Assembly (NCBI GenBank): GCA_023402175.1
Contig: JAEXCN010000099.1
Location: 25,178-57,177 of the forward strand
Source of the DNA: Pseudomonadota bacterium
GTDB lineage: Bacteria > Myxococcota_A > Polyangia > Polyangiales > Polyangiaceae
Direction: 5' to 3'
Length of the DNA: 32,000 nt
The notes under the pieces were generated by a model. That model searched no databases. It was not told where the DNA came from and saw only the letters and a list, made by a program, of their open reading frames with translations. Of the stretch, positions 14,166 to 20,890 are shown one piece after another (positions within the stretch are counted from its first letter, which is position 1; every line of letters starts with the position of its first letter). A program made the translations under genes and the position numbers.

Positions 14166-14308
14166 GTCGTCCGAGTGAGAAGGTCGTTGTCATGTGAATG
14201 ACGGGTTGACTGCCCGTTGCCTTACCACTTGGCTACGATGGCGAAACGCCAGCGGCTGGATTCGAACCAGCGATTCGATTGCGTGTAGGACCTGTTCGAT
14301 CGGACGAC
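14166..14308 (-). ncRNA. permuted tRNA-like ncRNA unit A (Y-RNA/YrlA-like candidate)
   Basis: Minus-sense order: H1 GTCGTCCG, loop ATCGAAC, H2 AGGTC, CTACACGCAATCGAATC. Then T-arm GCTGG-TTCGAAT-CCAGC, acceptor 3' strand CGCTGGC, cap GTTTC, acceptor 5' strand GCCATCG, TA. Then D GCC-AAGTGGTAA-GGC, hairpin ACGGG-CAGTCAA-CCCGT, H2' GACCT, loop TCTCACT, H1' CGGACGAC. Confidence 0.5.
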
Positions 14309-14457
14309 GACGAGGGGGCCGTAGAGCGCCGACGATGATCGGCGCGGTAAAGGAGCGCCTCGTCAGGTGCGTGCCTGCGAGGCGTGGAGCTCAGAGGCGA
14401 GCTCGGCAAGCTCGGCGGCGTCCGGTGCGTTGGACGCGCGGGCTGCTGAAGAAAAGT

Positions 14458-14627
14458 CCTCACCCGAGTGAAAAAGCCGGTTGGATGGTTCCATCATTCA
14501 AGATGAGTGCCTTTACCAGTTAGGCTATCGCTGCGTACGATTTGCGGTGGCGGGCACCGTGAGCAGCGAGTCGGATTCGAACCGACATTTCCTCGATTGC
14601 GTGTAGGGCATCTTCGGTCGGGTGAGG
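14458..14627 (-). ncRNA. permuted tRNA-like ncRNA unit B
   Basis: H1 CCTCACCCG/CGGGTGAGG, loops ACCGAAG / TTTCACT, H2 ATGCC/GGCTT, CTACACGCAAT. T GTCGG-TTCGAAT-CCGAC. Acceptor TCGCTGC, 28-nt cap, GCAGCGA. D GCC-TAACTGGTAAA-GGC. Hairpin TCATC-TTGAAT-GATGG. Confidence 0.5.
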
Positions 14628-14663
14628 GAAATCGGAATGCGCTTAGCTCGCTGCGCGAGCATC

Positions 14664-14744
14664 TGGTCCCCCGTGATGGAATCGAACCACCTACCGAAAG
14701 GCACCGGGTTACGACCGGCTGCTCCGCCATGGAGCGAACGAGGG
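14664..14744 (-). tRNA. tRNA-Tyr(GUA), 78 nt plus CCA
   Basis: CCCTCGT TC GCTC-CATGGCG-GAGC A GCCGG-TCGTAAC-CCGGT GCCTTTCGGTA GGTGG-TTCGATT-CCATC ACGGGGG A CCA. C33, 11-nt variable region. Confidence 0.75.
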
Positions 14745-14752
14745 AAGAGGGG

Positions 14753-14909
14753 CACCCGAGTGAGAAAGCCGTGTTGTCGTCTGAATGGACGAGCGCCTTA
14801 CCATTAGGCCACGCTGGAATAGGTGTTTTGGAGCTCGATGGCTCACGGCTCCAGCGGACGGAATCGAACCGTCGTGTCTCATTGCGTGTAGGGCATTCCC
14901 TGGCGGGTG
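14753..14909 (-). ncRNA. permuted tRNA-like ncRNA unit C
   Basis: H1 CACCCG/CGGGTG, loops CCAGGGA / TCTCACT, H2 ATGCC/GGCTT, CTACACGCAAT. T GACGG-TTCGATT-CCGTC. Acceptor CGCTGGA, 31-nt cap, TCCAGCG (identical to the tRNA-Asn acceptor). D GCC-TAATGGTAA-GGC. Hairpin TCGTC-CATTCA-GACGA. Confidence 0.5.
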
Positions 14910-14913
14910 ACGG

Positions 14914-14985
14914 AGCCCACGTCCGGAGTCGAACCGGATCCTCCCGTGTACGAGACGGGTGCTCGACCATTCGAGCTGCGCGGGC
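14914..14985 (-). tRNA. tRNA-Thr(CGU), 72 nt, canonical
   Basis: GCCCGCG CA GCTC-GAATGGTC-GAGC A CCCGT-CTCGTAC-ACGGG AGGA TCCGG-TTCGACT-CCGGA CGTGGGC T. Confidence 0.9.
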
Positions 14986-14988
14986 AGG

Positions 14989-15042
14989 GGCCCCATGTAC
15001 TCATGGGGAACGAAAGAGGCGGGCCCCATGTACTCATGGGGA
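14989..15042. repeat. two direct copies of a 21-bp hairpin element (GGCCCCATGTACTCATGGGGA), period 33 bp
   Basis: Copies at 14989-15009 and 15022-15042. Each contains the inverted repeat CCCCATG-tact-CATGGGG. A related CCATG-ttgct-CATGG occurs at about 15486-15500. Confidence 0.7.
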
Positions 15043-15118
15043 AAAGAAGGTGCTCGCGGTGCGCGCGTCGCCTGGGTGGGAGGCGCGCGCGCCGGCGCGA
15101 GCGGGTGAGAAGAATGTC

Positions 15119-15264
15119 TCGTCCGAGTGGAGAAGCCGGTGCAAGTGCTCGTATGCGAAACGAGTGCCTTCCCATTAGGCTAGCAGCCCTGTGCCTTGCG
15201 GCTGGTGGACCACGTTGGAGTCGAACCAACATGTTGTGCGTGTAAGGCTTGTCCGAGCGGACGA
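15119..15264 (-). ncRNA. permuted tRNA-like ncRNA unit D (tRNA-Ala-type body)
   Basis: H1 TCGTCCG/CGGACGA, loops CTCGGAC / CTCCACT, H2 AAGCC/GGCTT, TTACACGCACAACAT. T GTTGG-TTCGACT-CCAAC. GTGGTCC-A-CCA, 13-nt linker GCCGCAAGGCACA, then GGGCTGC (7 pairs including G3-U70). TA, D GCC-TAATGGGAA-GGC, hairpin CTCGT-TTCGCAT-ACGAG (CGC). Confidence 0.55.
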
Positions 15265-15269
15265 AGAAG

Positions 15270-15341
15270 CTCCAGCGGAAGGAATCGAACCTTCGAAGGA
15301 CCGGTTAACGGCCGGCTGCCTGACCATTCGGCTTCGCTGGA
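15270..15341 (-). tRNA. tRNA-Asn(GUU), 72 nt
   Basis: TCCAGCG AA GCC-GAATGGTCA-GGC A GCCGG-CCGTTAA-CCGGT CCTTC GAAGG-TTCGATT-CCTTC CGCTGGA G. C33, U1-A72, G73. Confidence 0.8.
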
Positions 15342-15521
15342 ATACGTGCTCGTCGCGTTCGTGCCGCGCTGCTGCCGTCTCGACGAACCCGATCTCTTCC
15401 GAGGCAGGACGACGAAGCGGTCAGCGCGCACGAGACGCGACGAGCCTTGGCGCCAAGTTGTCATAGAGCGAGGGACCTCGAGCTCCCCATGTTGCTCATG
15501 GAGAACGAGACCGAGAGTCCT

Positions 15522-15595
15522 TGGTTCCGAGCACAGGATTCGAACCTGTCTTCCTGGTTTCAGAGGCCAGTGTCCTGCCGCTAGACGAGCCCGGA
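15522..15595 (-). tRNA. tRNA-Gln(CUG) with Glu-type body, 71 nt plus CCA
   Basis: TCCGGGC TC GTC-TAGCGGCAG-GAC A CTGGC-CTCTGAA-ACCAG GAAG ACAGG-TTCGAAT-CCTGT GCTCGGA A CCA. Close in body to Glu(CUC) at 10404. Confidence 0.75.
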
Positions 15596-15653
15596 GCAGG
15601 CGGCGGCGTGCGAAGGTCGCAAGTCGCCGGTGCCACGTCGTTCGACGCAGCAG

Positions 15654-15726
15654 TAGGTCCGGAGGGAATCGAACCCTCACCACCCCGGGTAAGAGCCGGG
15701 TGCGCTTCCGATTGCGCTACGGACCT
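15654..15726 (-). tRNA. tRNA-Lys(CUU), 73 nt, canonical
   Basis: AGGTCCG TA GCGC-AATCGGAA-GCGC A CCCGG-CTCTTAC-CCGGG GTGGT GAGGG-TTCGATT-CCCTC CGGACCT A. Confidence 0.9.
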
Positions 15727-15788
15727 GTATTTGGCGCGATGCGACGAACCGGGGCAGCACTGCCCGCAGCCGCACGCATCGCGGTGAG

Positions 15789-15861
15789 TGGGACGCGAGG
15801 GAGTCGAACCCTCATCCCTCGGCTTAAAAGGCCGGTGCTCGGCCGATTGAGCTAGCGCCCC
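15789..15861 (-). tRNA. tRNA-Lys(UUU), 73 nt, canonical
   Basis: GGGGCGC TA GCTC-AATCGGCC-GAGC A CCGGC-CTTTTAA-GCCGA GGGAT GAGGG-TTCGACT-CCCTC GCGTCCC A. First gene of the array in the direction of transcription. Confidence 0.9.
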
Positions 15862-16172
15862 GCAGTTTCGACAAACAATCGCGTTTGAACAGACGCGAGC
15901 GGCTCAGATGCCAAGCTTGAGAAACATGATTGATTCGTCCAGATGAAGTTAGGTTGATGGACGCCGTCTCGAGGACGCGCCCGTGTCTGGGTGCCGATGT
16001 AGGTCGGACGCTCGACGCTGGGACGAGCCGATCCGTGCGGCTTCGGGCCGCGATCTGGGACCGACCTCGACGAGGTGGAGAGGCCGAGGATGTCGACGCG
16101 CCCGGTACGCCCAAGCCCCTTTGCGGGGCACGGCGAAACGCACGAACGTCGGGACGAGCTAACCCGAGGCCC

Positions 16173-16212
16173 AGAAACAAGAAAGGCCACCTCGGGATAT
16201 CCCGGGCGGCCT
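16173..16212 (-). terminator. intrinsic terminator (minus strand) upstream of the tRNA array
   Basis: Minus sense: hairpin AGGCCGCC-CGGGATATCCCGA-GGTGGCCT followed by TTTCTTGTTTCT. Sits 40 nt after the stop of the small ORF 16254..16541. Confidence 0.55.
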
Positions 16213-16253
16213 CTGCGAACGGCTCCGAACGATGGAGACGATACGAGGGACCG

Positions 16254-16541
16254 CTAGGGGTCGCCTTCCTCCTGCTTGGCGCTCGAATCGAGCGGACGAG
16301 GGGCGGCGAGCATGCGGCTACCGGCCTGGTCGAGGCCAGAGAGACCGCCGAAGAGCGACAGAGAGACCGAGCTCACGTTGGAGTTGTGGCTATTCAGCCC
16401 GACGGCGGCCCCGCCAAAGGCAGGGCGACGCCACGCGCGATGCAGCCGTCCCTCGGACGCGAGATACGCCACGCCGGTGCGCGGGAGCGCCTCGGTCGTC
16501 GTCGTCCTCTTGTCTTGGAAGGAGAGAATCACGCGGAACAT
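16254..16541 (-). CDS. small hypothetical protein (95 aa)
   Basis: High GC3 and followed by a good terminator, but the RBS is poor (GGAG 13 nt from the ATG) and no family is recognisable. Confidence 0.3.
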   Translation of the reverse strand: MFRVILSFQDKRTTTTEALPRTGVAYLASEGRLHRAWRRPAFGGAAVGLNSHNSNVSSVSLSLFGGLSGLDQAGSRMLAAPRPLDSSAKQEEGDP

Positions 16542-17052
16542 GCACGCCCGGGATCTCCGGACGCGCCTCCATTGGTGGAGAGGTTGCTTCTGTAGACGTT
16601 CCAGGCAGGAGCGTCATTCAAGCTATAGCTCGCGATGTCGGACGACGCAAGGATCTAAATCGAAAAAGTGATCGCCGCGGAGCACTCGACGCAGACGGAT
16701 CAAACGCGGTTGTTGGGCAACGCGGGCAGAATCCATCGATCTTCTGCGACTCGGAAGCTGCGAGCGACCAGCGATGGGCTGGGCCGGTGACCTACGCGAC
16801 GAGCCTGGCGCGTCGCGCGCCTCGCGTTCGTCGGGATCGTTCACGTGTACGGTCCGCCAGCTCCGCCCGAGACGAATCTGACCTGTCAGCGATGAGAAGA
16901 CGACAACAATGCTGGCGCTGGGGGGATGTCTTGGCGTTCACCCGCTGGCCCGCGGGCCGGCCCGATCTGGCCCGGGCCAGGGGGCGCGATGCGTAACTCA
17001 TCGGAATGACGGCAACGAGGTGCAGGCATGCCCATCGCAATGCTGCCCCGTC

Positions 17053-18612
17053 ATGCTCGCCATCGCGCATAGCGCCGTTCTTGCGGGGATCGAGTCTTCA
17101 CCGGTTCGCGTCGAGATACAGGCCGAACGAGGCATTCCGACATTCGAGCTCGTCGGGCTCGCCGAGGCGGCCGTCCGGGAGAGCCGTGTGCGGGTGAAGA
17201 GCGCGCTCGCGGGAGTAGGCGTCGACATCAGCGAGTTCCGAGTCACGGTCAACCTCGCGCCTGCCGACGTGAAGAAGAGCGGCAGCTCCTTCGACCTGGC
17301 GATTGCGCTCGGGACGTTGGTCGCGCTCGGCGTTCTTCCCGAAGGAACGCTCGACGACGTGCTCGTCCTCGGAGAGCTGTCGCTCAACGGTAACGTCCAG
17401 AACCTGCGCGGCGTGGTCGCGCATCTGCTCGGCGCGAAGAAGCGCGGAGTCGCACGCGCGATCGTACCGTTCGCGAACGAGCGCGAAGCGGCACTGGTCG
17501 ATGGTGTCGAGGTCGAGCTGGCGTCGACGCTCGCCGAGGTCGTCGATGCGCTCTGCGGGCGTGCATCTCTCCGGACCCCGCGCCCCGCGCCGGCGGACGT
17601 CGTTCGACGCCCGGTCGACGATCTCGCCGACGTGCGCGGCCAACACGGCGCGCGACGTGCGCTCGAGATCGCCGCTTCCGGTGGGCACAACCTCCTCATG
17701 ATGGGACCTCCCGGCGCAGGAAAGACGATGCTCGCGCGCCGCCTGCCCGGCATCCTTCCGCTGCTCACGCGCGAAGAGGCCCTCGAGGTGATCGCGATCC
17801 ACGGCGTTGCCGGGCTGGTCGGTAGCGCGTCGAGCGTTGCCGTCGAGCGGCCCTTCCGCGCTCCTCACCATACCGCGAGCGACGTCGCGCTCGTGGGCGG
17901 CGGCGAGCACGCGCGGCCAGGTGAGGTCAGTCTCGCGCATCACGGCGTCCTCTTCCTCGACGAGCTCGCGGAGCTACGGCGTACCGCGCTCGAAGCCCTG
18001 CGCCAGCCGCTCGAGGACGGGACCGTGACGATCTGTCGGATGCGCATGACACTGACGTTTCCCGCTCGTCCGATGCTCATCGGAGCGACGAACCCGTGTC
18101 CCTGCGGAAACTTCGGCGACGGGACCAATCGGTGCAATTGCAGTCACGAGGCGATCCGCTCGTATCGCCGGAGACTGAGCGGTCCGCTGCTCGACCGTGT
18201 GGATCTGCACGTCGTTCTTCCGCGCGTCGATCTCCGGGAGCTGCACGCGACCGGTGGCGGTGAGCCGAGCGCCGCGGTCCGAGCGCGTGTCGAGAAGGCG
18301 CGTGCGGTCCAGCATGCTCGCTTTCGCGCCGGAGAGGTCGCGGCTCAGACCAACGCGCATCTCGCCCAGCGCGACGTCGAGCGCATCTGCAAGCTCGATA
18401 CGAAAGGGCGAGCGCTTCTCGCACAGGCCGTCGAGCGACGGGGCCTATCGGCGCGTGCGTACGGCAAGGTTCTCCGCGTCGCACGGACGATCGCGGACAT
18501 GGACGGAGCGACGGCGATTGCGCCGGGGCACGTCGTCGAAGCCGTCGCGGGTCGCGTGCTCGATCGCGATCAGTCGAACGGCCGCCCAATTTCCGAGACC
18601 GACGCGGCCTGA
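17053..18612 (+). CDS. comM: YifB/ComM-family Mg-chelatase-like AAA+ ATPase
   Basis: ATG 17053 gives [21 protein letters not shown], a typical N-terminus (Lon-protease-like ChlI domain). Walker [23 protein letters not shown], and a C-terminal Mg_chelatase_C region. Confidence 0.9.
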   Translation: MLAIAHSAVLAGIESSPVRVEIQAERGIPTFELVGLAEAAVRESRVRVKSALAGVGVDISEFRVTVNLAPADVKKSGSSFDLAIALGTLVALGVLPEGTLDDVLVLGELSLNGNVQNLRGVVAHLLGAKKRGVARAIVPFANEREAALVDGVEVELASTLAEVVDALCGRASLRTPRPAPADVVRRPVDDLADVRGQHGARRALEIAASGGHNLLMMGPPGAGKTMLARRLPGILPLLTREEALEVIAIHGVAGLVGSASSVAVERPFRAPHHTASDVALVGGGEHARPGEVSLAHHGVLFLDELAELRRTALEALRQPLEDGTVTICRMRMTLTFPARPMLIGATNPCPCGNFGDGTNRCNCSHEAIRSYRRRLSGPLLDRVDLHVVLPRVDLRELHATGGGEPSAAVRARVEKARAVQHARFRAGEVAAQTNAHLAQRDVERICKLDTKGRALLAQAVERRGLSARAYGKVLRVARTIADMDGATAIAPGHVVEAVAGRVLDRDQSNGRPISETDAA

Positions 18613-18701
18613 CGGCCGATCGGCACTCCGAACGGCTCGCGTCGCGGTCGCCGGCGACGTGTGCCCGTGAACAGATCGGCGAGATCGAAGGAGACGAGGA
18701 A

Positions 18702-19730
18702 ATGCTCGAGCAGCTCGCAGATAAGATGAAGGTCCTCAAGGGCGTCGTGGTGTCCGTCGAGAAGCAGTTCGGAAAGGGCGCCATCATGTCGCTCGGCGAC
18801 GAGGGCGCGCTCGAGCCGGTGCCGTCGATCCCAACGGGGTCGCTCGCGCTCGACCTCGCGACCGGAGTCGGCGGATATCCGCGCGGTCGCGTCGTCGAGG
18901 TCTACGGCCCCGAGTCGAGCGGAAAGACGACTCTCTCGCTGCATGCGATCGCGCAGGCGCAGCGTGCCGGCGGCATCTGCGCTTTCATCGACGCGGAGCA
19001 CGCGTTCGATGCGGCGTATGCACGGTCGATCGGTGTCGAGACGGACAAGCTTCTCGTCTCGCAACCGGATACCGGCGAGCAGGCGCTCGACATCGTCGAC
19101 ATCCTCGTTCGTTCGGGCGCGGTCGATCTGGTCGTCGTCGACTCCGTCGCGGCGCTCGTCCCGCGCGCCGAAATCGAAGGTGAGATGGGCGACAGCCACA
19201 TGGGCCTGCAGGCGCGGCTCATGAGCCAAGCGCTCCGCAAGCTGACGGCGATCGCGCATCGGACGAACACCACGATCATGTTCATCAACCAGCTTCGCCA
19301 GAAGATCGGCGTCACGTTCGGCAACCCCGAGACGACGACCGGCGGCAACGCGCTGAAGTTCTACGCATCGATGCGGCTCGACGTGCGGCGCATCGGCCAG
19401 GTGAAGGTCGGCGACGAGCTCGTCGGAGGCCGCACGCGGGTGAAGCTCGCGAAGAACAAAATGGCGCCGCCGTTCTGTGAGGCGGAGTTCGAGATCCGCT
19501 ACGGGCGCGGCGTCGACGGGCTGAGCGAGCTCATCGATCTCGGCCTCGCGCGCGGGCTCATCGAGAAGAACGGCAATCACCTCGCATTTGCGGGCACGAC
19601 GCTCGGCAACGGGCGCGAGCGCTCGCGCGAGACGATCGCGGCGAGCGCCGAGCTCCAGACGACGCTACGTCAGGCCATCCTCGCATCGGGGCCGGTGCGG
19701 CCGGGTCGTCGCGCCGAGGCCGACGCGTAG
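18702..19730 (+). CDS. recA: recombinase RecA
   Basis: [27 protein letters not shown] and [15 protein letters not shown] motifs. GGAG RBS upstream. Confidence 0.97.
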   Translation: MLEQLADKMKVLKGVVVSVEKQFGKGAIMSLGDEGALEPVPSIPTGSLALDLATGVGGYPRGRVVEVYGPESSGKTTLSLHAIAQAQRAGGICAFIDAEHAFDAAYARSIGVETDKLLVSQPDTGEQALDIVDILVRSGAVDLVVVDSVAALVPRAEIEGEMGDSHMGLQARLMSQALRKLTAIAHRTNTTIMFINQLRQKIGVTFGNPETTTGGNALKFYASMRLDVRRIGQVKVGDELVGGRTRVKLAKNKMAPPFCEAEFEIRYGRGVDGLSELIDLGLARGLIEKNGNHLAFAGTTLGNGRERSRETIAASAELQTTLRQAILASGPVRPGRRAEADA

Positions 19731-19877
19731 CGCGGCGACCATCGCGAAGGCCTGCGATGGGCCGAGGGCCGAACACCCTCGGCGAAGCAGGGCGAGGCGG
19801 CTCTTCTCTCGCTCACCCCCCCGAGGGAAGGGCCGCCTCGCCGCGGCCAGGGGACGTGATCTTCACTAGCGCCGTCG

Positions 19878-20282
19878 TCACCGGCGCCGCCCGCGGAAGC
19901 GGGCATCGAGTGAGATCGGTCCCGGGCCGTGCGCCGCGACGAACAAGAACAACCAACAGTAGAGGGCAGCCAGCTCTCCCTTGTTGACGGCCGGCACCCA
20001 GTGCGAGCCAGCCAGCTCGAACTTGAAATGGAACTGGAAGTAGGCGACGGCCATCGTGCCGGCAGTCAGGATCGCGGCCGCTCTCGTGAAGAGACCGAGC
20101 GCGATGAGCAGTCCTCCGACGAGCTCGATGAGCCCACCGACCCACAGCTGGGATCCCATCGTCGGGCGTGATGTTGCTGCAAACCAGCCGAGGATCTTCT
20201 GGGCGCCGTGCGACGCGAACATGAGACCGGCGACGATCCGCAACACAGCAAAGCAGAGCTTCTCGAGACGCTCGAACCGCAC
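19878..20282 (-). CDS. DoxX-family membrane protein
   Basis: 134 aa with four TM segments, and RIVAGLMFASHGAQKILGWF is typical of DoxX. Confidence 0.85.
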   Translation of the reverse strand: MRFERLEKLCFAVLRIVAGLMFASHGAQKILGWFAATSRPTMGSQLWVGGLIELVGGLLIALGLFTRAAAILTAGTMAVAYFQFHFKFELAGSHWVPAVNKGELAALYCWLFLFVAAHGPGPISLDARFRGRRR

Positions 20283-20741
20283 GCGCGGACCATACTGCAG
20301 CCGGACGCGCGTTTGATCGATTCTCCCTCGGTTGAGCTAGTCCCTGCAGGTATTCGACGTCCGTAGTTCGGCCGTTCGCGACGCGAGGCGTCCGCGCCGT
20401 CCAAACCTGCGCGCCGCCACGCGACGCGCGCCGACGTCGGCAGCTCAACCGGCGGTCGCTCCGCGGCACAATCAATCGGTGGCCAACAAAAGAGCTCGGT
20501 GGCCGATAAAAAAAGCCCCTTCCCAGTTTCCCGGGAAGGGGCGGAGCCGAGCGCATGCGGAGGGGAGGAGGGAGGAGGGGAGCTCCGTCACGCGCCAGCC
20601 AAATCTTCGATTCGTTCGTCGTTGAGGTGAGTCGTGGAGGTGAGGGTAAACGGTTTTTCTAGGAAGTCCGCCAAAAAATGAGCGTGCGAGCTGCTCGTCG
20701 GGAGGAGTGCGAGCGAGCAGCCGACGCGAAGAGGACGTCCC

Positions 20742-20890
20742 GGAGGAGTGAAACGAGGAGGAATGAAACGAGGAGGAGTGAAGCGAGGAGGAATGAAACG
20801 AGGAGGAATGAGACGAGGAGGAGTGAAACGAGGAGGAGTGAAACGAGGAGGAGTGACGAGGAGGAGTGACGAGGAGGAGTGACGAGGAGG
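20742..20890. repeat. tandem repeat: ~8 copies of the 15-mer GAGGAGGARTGARAC, then 3 copies of a 12-13-mer GAGGAGGAGTGAC
   Basis: Read directly from the sequence. It creates the HSSSF and RRSETRR repeat ORFs on both strands. Lies upstream of the SDR gene. Confidence 0.85.

Noticed and set aside
14166-15264. Alternative that the Y-like RNAs are encoded on the + strand (+ strand reads GTCCGAGTG like the 5' end of Y3/Y5, and CACTTGGCTAC like a Y RNA 3' strand)
   Set aside because: T-loops (TTCGAAT and similar), D-loops (AAGTGGTAA) and several G-U pairs, including three in the unit D acceptor, only work in minus-strand RNA. On the + strand those pairs would be A-C mismatches. I keep this as something strand-specific RNA-seq should settle.
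15862-15960. Sigma54-type promoter (TGGCAT-n5-CCGC, minus strand) upstream of the first array gene
   Set aside because: The GG/GC spacing fits, but the -12 element is CCGC rather than TTGC. One partial match in GC-rich DNA is not sufficient, and no clear sigma70 -35/-10 was found either.
7741-16000. About 70 short track ORFs on both strands across the RNA island
   Set aside because: They coincide with tRNA and tRNA-like genes and structured spacers, have no RBS, and have low-complexity R/G/P-rich composition.
18613-18701. LexA/SOS box upstream of recA
   Set aside because: Only a GTTCAC half-site-like string (minus strand, about 18668-18680) is present. It does not fit the Myxococcus-type CTRHAMRYBYGTTCAGS consensus as I recall it.
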